Counted from the stretch's first letter, positions 10,469 through 18,265 are shown. The stretch is DNA of 64,000 nucleotides from Pyrinomonadaceae bacterium (GCA_036522415.1 DATDFV010000230.1:43783-107782); one strand, 5' to 3'. Made by a program: numbers and translations. Notes: a model not told the origin generated them from the sequence alone.

Positions 10469-10591
10469 ATCACAGATCTCAGATCCCAAATCCCAGATCT
10501 CAGAAATGGGTCCTATAGGTCCAATAAGTCCTATCTGTAATTTGAGATCTGGGATCTGGCATATGGCATCTGGGATCTGAGATCTGAGATC
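10467..10591. repeat. family A heptamer-array palindrome with an embedded family G unit
   Basis: agatcac agatctc agatccc aaatccc agatctc, then gggtcctataggtccaataagtcctat, then gagatct gggatct...gggatct gagatct gagatc. It overlaps the GT2 stop. Confidence 0.85.
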
Positions 10592-11495
10592 ATCTTTCCA
10601 GTTCTTTTCGAGGCCAGCCGCCGAGATTCGCACCTGCCTCATAAGTGCTTTCCAGGAACTCCATCAATGCACCATCAGGATCGCTCGCAGCTCTCACGTC
10701 GTCGTACAAGAACAAAAACTCAGCCATATCGGTACTGTAGAAAGCTTTCTCGGGGCGAATCTTCGCCTGACCTAAACCTTCGGGAGCAGGGGCTGTGTAA
10801 GAATAAAAAGCCGGTTTGCCCAATGGACCTTGTCCCGGCCACCAACCATGACTGATCACTTCGTGTGAATACGCTTCGCGAGTAATCGGGTCTGCATCCG
10901 GCCGTGTCGGCGCCGGACGTCCTGAGAAGCGTGTGACTGCAAGATCGAAACTACCCCAAAAGAAATGAACGGGACTGCATTTGCCGATAAATCGCGATCG
11001 AAACTCTTGCAGAACTCGATCGGCATGTTTGAGTACCTGCCAACACTTGTTTGCATATTCAGGATCATAAGATTTATGAACCTCGTCCTGATCGAACGGG
11101 ATCGGATCTGGAATTTCCACCGGCATCTTCCAGATCCGAACAGTCAGGCCAAGGTCATCGAGGGCCGACATGGTTTCTCTGCAGAAAGCAGCGACTGACA
11201 TTGGTCTTAGCGCGATCTTCCGCGAAGCGCCGTCACTACATCTGATCTCAAGATTGTGATCGATAAAGTCAAACTCCATTTCAAAGAACGTCGATCCGTA
11301 CGGCATTGCGGTGGTAGTCAATCCTCTCGCAGAGACGTAGAGAGGAACATTCCACCAATGGTTGACCAGCGGTGTTTGGGCCAGTCTGACTTTACCAACG
11401 ATCTGCGTCCACATGTGCAGCGTCGCTCGTGTGTCTTCCCATGCTTCGAGTGGCAACGTTGGCCATGGTTCTGGAGTTTGGATAGGTTGTGACAT
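10590..11495 (-). CDS. conserved hypothetical protein (DUF5996-like by recollection)
   Basis: 301-aa ORF with good codon usage. N-terminus WPTLPLEAWEDTRATLHMWTQIVGKVRLA resembles the Ava_C0101/DUF5996 family (assigned from memory, unverified). Confidence 0.7.
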   Translation of the reverse strand: MSQPIQTPEPWPTLPLEAWEDTRATLHMWTQIVGKVRLAQTPLVNHWWNVPLYVSARGLTTTAMPYGSTFFEMEFDFIDHNLEIRCSDGASRKIALRPMSVAAFCRETMSALDDLGLTVRIWKMPVEIPDPIPFDQDEVHKSYDPEYANKCWQVLKHADRVLQEFRSRFIGKCSPVHFFWGSFDLAVTRFSGRPAPTRPDADPITREAYSHEVISHGWWPGQGPLGKPAFYSYTAPAPEGLGQAKIRPEKAFYSTDMAEFLFLYDDVRAASDPDGALMEFLESTYEAGANLGGWPRKELER

Positions 11496-11639
11496 GGTTG
11501 GCTCTCTCCTCTATCTGGAAATCTCTGTGTATCTCTTATATATCTGCGTGTCTGTGGTTGGAGAATACGATATCACCACAGAGGCACGGAGACACAGATC
11601 AACTTAGTCCGCAACCAAACCATCCTGAAAGGATGACAG

Positions 11640-11807
11640 TTAATAGCCGTGGGCGAGCGGCTTTGCGCGAAGCCCACGGAAGCAGGCGGTTACTGTCCGA
11701 CCCTGAAGGGGTCAAACCGGGCGGATGTTTGACCCTTTCAGGGTCTTCAATCTTTGCTTGATAACTCCCGTGGGCTTCGCGCAAAACCGCTCGCCCCCGG
11801 CTATTAA
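11640..11807. repeat. 168-bp imperfect long palindrome (candidate structured RNA or MITE)
   Basis: Left arm ttaatagccgtgggcgagcggctttgcgcgaagcccacgg...ccctgaaggggtcaaa. It is the reverse complement, at about 85% identity, of right arm tttgaccctttcagggtc...cccgtgggcttcgcgcaaaaccgctcgcccccggctattaa. Confidence 0.7.
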
Positions 11808-11889
11808 CTTCGGTCCCTTCGGGACGAGAATCTTGCTCAAAAAAACAAGAACTTGTTGGGTAGTTTCACAGAGAGAATCCTGACCCACC

Positions 11890-11919
11890 TTGACACCTGT
11901 TTCAGTTAGCACCTATAGT
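11890..11919 (+). promoter_or_regulatory. sigma70-like promoter (TTGACA-18-TATAGT)
   Basis: TTGACA at 11890-11895 and TATAGT at 11914-11919. It lies upstream of the leader ORF and cysM operon. Confidence 0.5.
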
Positions 11920-11952
11920 TTCGACGTACTAAATCCAGCCCAATTCAGAACC

Positions 11953-12054
11953 ATGAAACTGAAGGCTTGCGCATGTTGTTATTACTGCCCCTGGTGCTGC
12001 TATTTGCAGCGCGACCGGAAGGCCGTGTGCAGGCGTGAGGGGCGGGAGACGTAG
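11953..12054 (+). CDS. candidate Cys-codon-rich leader peptide (33 aa)
   Basis: MKLKACACCYYCPWCCYLQRDRKAVCRREGRET. It has 7 Cys codons including two tandem pairs. It sits between the promoter-like element and the terminator preceding cysM. No clear SD. An overlapping 21-codon ORF starts at 11973. Confidence 0.35.
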   Translation: MKLKACACCYYCPWCCYLQRDRKAVCRREGRET

Positions 12055-12084
12055 CCAAACACCAGCACTAATAAACGGCAGATA

Positions 12085-12118
12085 CCGGTTGCGCTATTTC
12101 GATAGCCGACCGGTTTTT
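12085..12118 (+). terminator. intrinsic terminator (attenuator arm) 18 nt upstream of the cysM start
   Basis: CCGGTTG, a 15-nt loop, CGACCGG, then TTTTT. The 5' arm can alternatively pair with GCGCGACCGG at 12010-12019 inside the leader ORF. Confidence 0.6.
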
Positions 12119-12135
12119 AGTTTTCAACGGTCTTT

Positions 12136-13068
12136 ATGTCACTTAGTGTTTTAGAAGAATGCGGAGTTGCTGCTCCTGGCAGTATCGAATCACGCATCGG
12201 GCATACGCCTCTCTTGCGCTTGCCGCACCTGAATCGCGATTTGCCGGTTGATGTGGAAATTCTCGTCAAAGCCGAACACCTCAACCCGGGCGGTTCTGTA
12301 AAAGACCGACCTGCGCTGTCGATGATCCTCGAGGGTGAACGCAGCGGAAGGCTGCGACCCGGCATGACTATTGTCGATGCGACCAGCGGTAACACTGGAA
12401 TTGCTTACGCTATGATCGGCGCTGCTCGGGGTTATCCAGTCACCGTCTGTTTACCAAAAAACGCAAGTATCCAGCGCAAAAACATCCTGCGAGCGTATGG
12501 CGTTGAGATCATTGAGACTGACCAGATGTTGTCAACCGACGGCGCTCAACGCATCGCGCGCGAGCTTCACGCGGCCGAACCCGACAAATACTTCTACCCC
12601 GATCAATACAACAACGACGCCAACTGGCTGGCGCACTACGAAACGACGGCAAACGAGATCTGGACACAAACCGAAGGACGTGTTACGCACTTCCTGACAG
12701 GTCTCGGCACCTCTGGAACCTTCACGGGTGTTGTTCGCCGCCTGCGTGAGTTAAAACCTGAGCTGAACGCGTTGTCTGTTCAACCGGAATCTCCCTTGCA
12801 CGGGCTCGAAGGTCTGAAACATATGGCAACAGCTTCGCATCCCGGAATTTATGATGAAACTTTGGTGGATCGCGTTATCGAAGTGTCAACAGAAGATGCC
12901 TTTGACATGTCCAGGCGCCTGGCGCGTGAACAAGGTTTATTGGTTGGGCCAAGTTCAGGAGCGAACGTATTTGCCGCCCGAAAACTCGCGCACTCATTGA
13001 GCGTTGACGCAGTAATTGTCACAATACTCTGCGACGGCGGTGAAAGATACTTAAGCGAGATGCTTTGA
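12136..13068 (+). CDS. cysM: cysteine synthase, CysM/CysK family (PLP-dependent)
   Basis: PLP-lysine motif SVKDRPA, glycine-rich loops GNTG and GTSGT. It is the first gene of the operon containing mec and cysO-moeZ. Confidence 0.9.
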   Translation: MSLSVLEECGVAAPGSIESRIGHTPLLRLPHLNRDLPVDVEILVKAEHLNPGGSVKDRPALSMILEGERSGRLRPGMTIVDATSGNTGIAYAMIGAARGYPVTVCLPKNASIQRKNILRAYGVEIIETDQMLSTDGAQRIARELHAAEPDKYFYPDQYNNDANWLAHYETTANEIWTQTEGRVTHFLTGLGTSGTFTGVVRRLRELKPELNALSVQPESPLHGLEGLKHMATASHPGIYDETLVDRVIEVSTEDAFDMSRRLAREQGLLVGPSSGANVFAARKLAHSLSVDAVIVTILCDGGERYLSEML

Positions 13069-14267
13069 TGGCTGACAAGGAACCCACATTCGATATCGCG
13101 ACGAAGCTGGTTCATAGCGGCGAGCGGCAGACCGCATCCGACGCTCAGTCAGTTGCGACGCCGATCTATGCCACTGCCACGTTCACCTACGAATCGATGG
13201 AGGAGATCGATCGCGTGTTCAGCGGCGAAAAGCAGGGCTTTATCTACACGCGCTATGGAAATCCAACTATCGGTGCCCTTGAGAATGCGATTAAAACTAT
13301 CGAGGAAGGTGCAACTGCGTGTGCATATTCCACCGGCATGGCCGCGCTGCACGCAGCGCTATTTGCGTGTGATTTGAAACCCGGTGCCACAATCGTCGCT
13401 TCTCAAGATCTATACGGTGCGACTACTGGCCTTTTGAATACGGTGTTTGGCTCGTTCGGCATCAAGACTGTTGCTACGGATTTCAGTAATCTTGAACAAT
13501 TACGAGCAGCAGTGCTGGAGGCAAAGCCGGCGGTTCTGGTTGCAGAAACTATCTCAAATCCACTACTGAAAGTTTGCGACATCGAGGCCTGCGCTGAAAT
13601 CGCCCGCGAAGTCGGAGCGCGGTTAATCGTGGATAACACGTTTGCTTCGCCATACCTCTGCCAACCTCTAAAGTTCGGAGCTGACCTCGTTGTTCACAGC
13701 GCAACAAAATACCTGGGGGGCCACGCTGATGCGATGGGCGGCCTGGTTGTCTCGCGGGATGAGTTTGATAGCCTGGCACTGGTCGGCGTAATGAAACTGG
13801 TTGGCGGAGTTCTAAGTGTCTGGGACGCGCACCAAATTTCGCGTGGGATTAAAACGCTTGGTGTTCGGCTCGATCGTCAATGTGAGAATGCCAGAGTGCT
13901 GGCGGAACACCTGCGAAAAGACGAACGAATAGATGAGGTTTATTATCCGGGATTTCAGTCGGCAGTTGATTTAGTAGTTACTCGGCGAATGCTGAGAAAG
14001 CCGCACTCGGGTGCGTTGGTATCGATCAAACTGAAGAACGACACCCGCGAAGCTGCGTTTCGATTCATGAATGCTTTGCGGTTGTGTGTGCGTTCGACGA
14101 GTTTAGGAGATGTTTTTACCAGCGTGCTGCACCCATCAACTGCTTCGCACAGAGATTTGACACCAGCTCGAAGGGCGGAGCTTGGGATCGCGGATGGACT
14201 GATTCGGATTTCGGTGGGAATTGAGAGTGTTGATGACATAATTGCAGATATTACACAGGCATTGTGA
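13065..14267 (+). CDS. Cys/Met-metabolism PLP-dependent enzyme (MetB/MetZ/MetY family sulfhydrylase or gamma-synthase)
   Basis: SATKYLGGHAD PLP-lysine motif. Its start overlaps the cysM stop (ATGA). Confidence 0.85.
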   Translation: MMADKEPTFDIATKLVHSGERQTASDAQSVATPIYATATFTYESMEEIDRVFSGEKQGFIYTRYGNPTIGALENAIKTIEEGATACAYSTGMAALHAALFACDLKPGATIVASQDLYGATTGLLNTVFGSFGIKTVATDFSNLEQLRAAVLEAKPAVLVAETISNPLLKVCDIEACAEIAREVGARLIVDNTFASPYLCQPLKFGADLVVHSATKYLGGHADAMGGLVVSRDEFDSLALVGVMKLVGGVLSVWDAHQISRGIKTLGVRLDRQCENARVLAEHLRKDERIDEVYYPGFQSAVDLVVTRRMLRKPHSGALVSIKLKNDTREAAFRFMNALRLCVRSTSLGDVFTSVLHPSTASHRDLTPARRAELGIADGLIRISVGIESVDDIIADITQAL

Positions 14268-14294
14268 ATTGAGCTTTGTGCTTTGGTTCGTGAG

Positions 14295-14323
14295 ATAGGT
14301 CCAATATGTCCTACAGGTCCTAT
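14295..14323. repeat. family G element (ATAGGNCCT-type 9-mer units)
   Basis: ataggtccaatatgtcctacaggtcctat, 17 nt upstream of the mec start. Confidence 0.7.
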
Positions 14324-14339
14324 TCACTGATCACTAAGA

Positions 14340-14771
14340 ATGCTAACACTGACGCCAACACATCTCGCGGAAATCTCAAGTCATGGGGAGCGTGACTACC
14401 CTTATGAATGCTGCGGACTGCTCATCGGCCGATTTGATTCAGTCGAGGAAAAGGTGGTCTTGGAGACATATCCGATCTCAAATGCGCGTGAGGAGAGTGC
14501 GAAACGGAATAGGTTTTTAATTGAACCTGAAGAGTTAATGAAAGGAGAGCGGTACGCGCGAACCAACGATCGTGAGGTCGTCGGTTTCTACCATTCGCAT
14601 CCTGAATCACCTGCGGTGCCGTCGCAGTACGATCTGGAACATGCATGGCCGACGTACTCCTATATTATTGTGTCAGTTATTAAAGAGAGGGCCGGCGACC
14701 TGTTTTCATGGGAACAGGAACCTGACAGATCGAAGTTTACGAAGGAAGATATTAAGATTGCGGGGCTTTGA
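14340..14771 (+). CDS. mec: JAMM/MPN+ metalloprotease, Mec (CysO-Cys hydrolase) type
   Basis: JAMM motif HSHPESPAVPSQYD plus upstream E and CCGLLIG. 143 aa. Confidence 0.85.
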   Translation: MLTLTPTHLAEISSHGERDYPYECCGLLIGRFDSVEEKVVLETYPISNAREESAKRNRFLIEPEELMKGERYARTNDREVVGFYHSHPESPAVPSQYDLEHAWPTYSYIIVSVIKERAGDLFSWEQEPDRSKFTKEDIKIAGL

Positions 14772-14862
14772 TTTTTGTACTTTGTTCTTCGTGCTTTGTT
14801 CTTTGCATATCTACCGCCTTAACATAAAACAAAGCACAAAGCACCAAGTACAAAGCACAAAC
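14772..14862. repeat. family E heptamer-array hairpin (TTTGTNC arms) inside the operon
   Basis: tttgtac tttgttc ttcgtgc tttgttc tttg, then a loop, then caaagcacaaagcaccaagtacaaagcacaaa. Confidence 0.8.
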
Positions 14863-14893
14863 GTAAAAGTATTAAGTTGTTGAGAGGATTGTT

Positions 14894-16345
14894 ATGCCAA
14901 TCAAAATTGCCATTCCAGCTCCATTGCGGCAGTTTGCCAGTGGACATTCCCAAATCGAAGTCGAGGCAAAGACGGCGGGCGAAGCGCTCGATCTCCTAAC
15001 TTCAACGCACGCTCCATTACGCAAGCATCTTTTCAACGAGCAGAACAGGCTCCGCAACTTCGTGAATGTTTACCTGAACGATGAGGACATTCGTCATGCT
15101 TCGGGACCTGACACTCCGTTAAAAGACGGCGATACGCTCATGATTGTGCCGTCGATTGCTGGAGGTGCGGTGATCGAAGAAGAAGTTGGACAAGCGCTTC
15201 CGGAGTTGTCCAACGAAGAGATCCTCCGTTACAGCCGGCATTTGATCATGCCTGAAGTTGGAATGCAGGGTCAGCGAAAGATGAAAGCCTCGAGCGTGTT
15301 GATGATTGGTACTGGTGGACTCGGCGCGCCCGTAGGCATGTATCTGGCAGCGGCCGGCGTCGGTCGAATCGGAATTGTGGATTTCGATGTGGTTGAGGAA
15401 TCGAACCTGCAACGTCAGATTATTCACGGGACCAAAGACCTCGGTCGCCGCAAAATCGAATCGGCCCGTGATCGGTTGCGCGACATCAACCCGCACATTG
15501 AGATCGAGACTCACGAATCGAGACTGACAAGTCAGAACGCGATGGCCCTGTTTCGAAACTACGACATCATAGTCGACGGTACAGACAATTTCCCGACTCG
15601 TTATCTCGTAAACGATGCTTGCGTGTTAACGGGTAAACCGAATGTCTACGGATCGATCTTCAGATTTGAGGGACAGGCCAGTGTGTTCTGGGCCGAGAAG
15701 GGTGCTTGTTATCGCTGTCTTTATCCGGAACCGCCGCCGCCTGGCCTGGTTCCATCATGCGCCGAGGGAGGCGTACTCGGAGTTCTGCCTGGCATTGTTG
15801 GTGCGATTCAGGCAAACGAAACGATCAAGATCATTCTCGGCTCAGAAGATATTCTCGTGAATCGTTTGTTGTTGTTTGATGCCTGGACGATGAAGTTTCG
15901 AGAGTTCAAGTTGCGGAAAGATCCGAAGTGTCCGGTTTGCGGCGAACAACCAACAATTAAAGGTTTGATTGATTACGAAGAGTTCTGCGGTTTGCGAGCG
16001 CAGCCGCCTGTTCCCGAATCAAAGTTGGAACAGATCTCTGCTATGGAACTGAATGCCCGCCGCCTGCGTGGCGACAAGATCCAGATCATCGATGTGCGCG
16101 AACCGCACGAGTTTGAGATCGCTCGTATACCGGGAACAAAACTAATTCCGCTGGGACACGTAGTGAGCAGGATGAATGAAATCGATCAGGAAGTGGACAC
16201 GATTGTTCATTGCAAGGGCGGTGTGCGCAGTGCCAAGGCAATTGAGGCATTGAAACGCGCCGGCTTCAATGGGAAGTTGATCAATCTGAAAGGTGGAATC
16301 ACCGCGTGGTCGGAAGAGGTTGACCCGCGGGTGGCGAAATACTGA
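14894..16345 (+). CDS. in-frame fusion: CysO/ThiS/MoaD-like sulfur carrier (aa 1-91, ending GG) + MoeZ/MoeB E1-like adenylyltransferase + rhodanese
   Basis: N-terminus FVNVYLNDEDIRH...MIVPSIAGG is a CysO-like beta-grasp domain. It then reads without a stop into RYSRHLIMPEVG, GTGGLGAP, CYRC/CPVC and the rhodanese HCKGGVRS. GGA GGT (15161-15166) doubles as an SD for GTG 15170. Confidence 0.8.
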   Translation: MPIKIAIPAPLRQFASGHSQIEVEAKTAGEALDLLTSTHAPLRKHLFNEQNRLRNFVNVYLNDEDIRHASGPDTPLKDGDTLMIVPSIAGGAVIEEEVGQALPELSNEEILRYSRHLIMPEVGMQGQRKMKASSVLMIGTGGLGAPVGMYLAAAGVGRIGIVDFDVVEESNLQRQIIHGTKDLGRRKIESARDRLRDINPHIEIETHESRLTSQNAMALFRNYDIIVDGTDNFPTRYLVNDACVLTGKPNVYGSIFRFEGQASVFWAEKGACYRCLYPEPPPPGLVPSCAEGGVLGVLPGIVGAIQANETIKIILGSEDILVNRLLLFDAWTMKFREFKLRKDPKCPVCGEQPTIKGLIDYEEFCGLRAQPPVPESKLEQISAMELNARRLRGDKIQIIDVREPHEFEIARIPGTKLIPLGHVVSRMNEIDQEVDTIVHCKGGVRSAKAIEALKRAGFNGKLINLKGGITAWSEEVDPRVAKY

Positions 16346-16349
16346 TCAT

Positions 16350-16376
16350 TGGTCTTTGGACTTTGGTCTTAGGCCT
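16350..16376. repeat. family F heptamer array (GGYCTTY), single arm
   Basis: ggtcttt ggacttt ggtctta ggcctt. Confidence 0.5.
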
Positions 16377-16418
16377 TGATGAGATCTAAACCTGCAAAGC
16401 AGGTGAAAGCATAAAGCT

Positions 16419-16605
16419 TGGGGCGCCAGCCCCAGGGTAGAAGTGCGATACGAGCATCGAGCCCGCGGAGCGGGCGAAAGCGGATTGGTTGATGAGGCAT
16501 AACCTCGACCCGCTGTCGCCCGCTTCGCGGGCTCGGTATTTTAATCCATCGTGTCCTGGGGCTAACGCCCCAGGGTTTACGCTTGTCGCCCGCTCCGCGG
16601 GCTAG
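16419..16605. repeat. array of 5 GC-rich hairpins between convergent genes
   Basis: ggggcgccagcccc and ggggctaacgcccc, alternating with three copies of gcccgcKKMgcgggc (gagcccgcggagcgggcga, gtcgcccgcttcgcgggctc, gtcgcccgctccgcgggcta). Confidence 0.7.
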
Positions 16606-18089
16606 TCCACACTGATCCCCAATCGATCAGCACATTTGAAGAGCGATAGACCAAGCACACACGCAATCACGAGGTTGAAGTAGAAGGTGATTGAGCCGTT
16701 GATGAAGTTCGCCACCAGATTGCCTACAAAAGGCAGTGTCAGTGGAGAAAGAATAAGCGCCACGACACCTCCGACTATGAAAGCCGCAATTTGAACGAGC
16801 AACACCATCCCGAACGCTTTGAAGTAGGTCGAGCGCATACGGCGAATGGTGTCCAGTCCAACCAGGGGATTTAGGACTGACAAAAAGCTTTGCGTGTAGC
16901 CGGCGACCGTGAGCGCCATTGGGTAATAGAAAACTCCCCAGGCAATGCCGAGCAACAGGAGAAGAATCAAAAGAATTCCGGCTCCCAGCAAAGGCAACAA
17001 TTGGCCCATCATGCCGGTTGGATCACTGCGAGCAGCTTTTGATCGCTCCGCCTCTTCAGCAATCTGCGAACCCGGTCGCAGTTTTTGATTCATCTTACGG
17101 TCGACTTCCGCCACCTTCTGCGGATCTGCGTTGGGATCGGTCAGCACACTGAGGTCTTCATTGTTCAGGGTCTCTTGCTGATGAGCTGCCTCAACCTGAC
17201 CCATGGGATCCAGCGACGCCCTGCCGCTGTGGATAGCGCCAAACAGCAACGCGACAACCAATACAATCACCGGCCCCCACGAAACGATTGTGATTCCAAC
17301 GCCCAGAAAGATCGGAACAATCAAATCGTCCCATAAAGAGAATGCGCTGAAGTCAGGCATGAAACTGCGATTGAGTCGTCCCCACGCAACTTGACTTATC
17401 ACGTGCGAGATACAACCAAACATAATCATCCAGGCGATAAGGCTTCCACGAAAACCGCCGAGCAGCAGAAAACCATATATCAGAGCACCGCCCAGCAATG
17501 CTGCTTTGTGTTGGAACGGATACTTCACCGCTCTCACAAAATCATCTATGCCAAACCCGGAGCCCTGAAACTCGGCACGTGCTGTTTTTGACGTAACCTC
17601 TTGATATGAGCGGCACAGGTCGCCGCATAGTGGGCACACCGGAATCTTGCTGCTACCCACGAAGCGAGGACAGTCTTCACACAATGCGACTGCACACATA
17701 CGGCAAAGGTACTTCGCGGGAACATCCGTATGGTTGTGACAAACATTGGGTGGTGGGCCTTCTCGAAAAGCCTGACTGTTCGTGGTATTTGGTTCAAAGT
17801 CGGGAGATTCAAACGGTTCTGTACTTCCGAACGGAGGCGGCATTTGCCATGCGTTGGTTGATGACGACGCGTCGGTTGACTCTTCAGGTGGAGGAACTTC
17901 AATTTCGCCATTGAAGGCACTTTTTAGCTTTGGAACACGGCCAGCTTCAATCCAGTTGAGTTTGCCTTTACAAACTTTGTCGGTTGGCAAGACGCAGCCT
18001 TCAACGATCCACTGCTGTAAAGTTTGGAAGTCGGTTTCAAAGACTCCTTCGTAAGTCGAAACACGCCATATTTCTGGTTGTGCACTCAT
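16602..18089 (-). CDS. membrane protein: N-terminal soluble domain, Cys-rich zinc-ribbon/B-box-like segment, C-terminal Yip1-like multi-TM domain
   Basis: CHNHTDVPAKYLCRMCAVALCEDCP...CPLCGDLC plus 5-6 TM helices. Start chosen at MSAQPEIW (the ORF track extends to 18173). Confidence 0.65.
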   Translation of the reverse strand: MSAQPEIWRVSTYEGVFETDFQTLQQWIVEGCVLPTDKVCKGKLNWIEAGRVPKLKSAFNGEIEVPPPEESTDASSSTNAWQMPPPFGSTEPFESPDFEPNTTNSQAFREGPPPNVCHNHTDVPAKYLCRMCAVALCEDCPRFVGSSKIPVCPLCGDLCRSYQEVTSKTARAEFQGSGFGIDDFVRAVKYPFQHKAALLGGALIYGFLLLGGFRGSLIAWMIMFGCISHVISQVAWGRLNRSFMPDFSAFSLWDDLIVPIFLGVGITIVSWGPVIVLVVALLFGAIHSGRASLDPMGQVEAAHQQETLNNEDLSVLTDPNADPQKVAEVDRKMNQKLRPGSQIAEEAERSKAARSDPTGMMGQLLPLLGAGILLILLLLLGIAWGVFYYPMALTVAGYTQSFLSVLNPLVGLDTIRRMRSTYFKAFGMVLLVQIAAFIVGGVVALILSPLTLPFVGNLVANFINGSITFYFNLVIACVLGLSLFKCADRLGISVD

Positions 18090-18265
18090 AGAGGTTGATT
18101 CCTGAAGGCGAACTTCTGTAGGGGCGTTCGCGAAGTGTGGCGACTGTCGCTTGGGACGTGAGGTTGGCGTCAATTGGACAGCTGGGCCAGACGCCTTAGG
18201 AATACTAGACTGTGGCTTTTGGCAGCGTCAATAGTTTGTTTTGACCGAATAGGCGGCCCGACATT

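Noticed and set aside
11973-12038. Alternative 21-codon Leu-rich ORF MLLLLPLVLLFAARPEGRVQA overlapping the Cys-rich leader ORF
   Set aside because: Both are possible. The Cys-rich frame is favoured because the downstream operon is cysteine/homocysteine biosynthesis, but the Leu-rich frame has the better AAGG-like SD. Unresolved. Recorded as a caveat rather than a separate feature.
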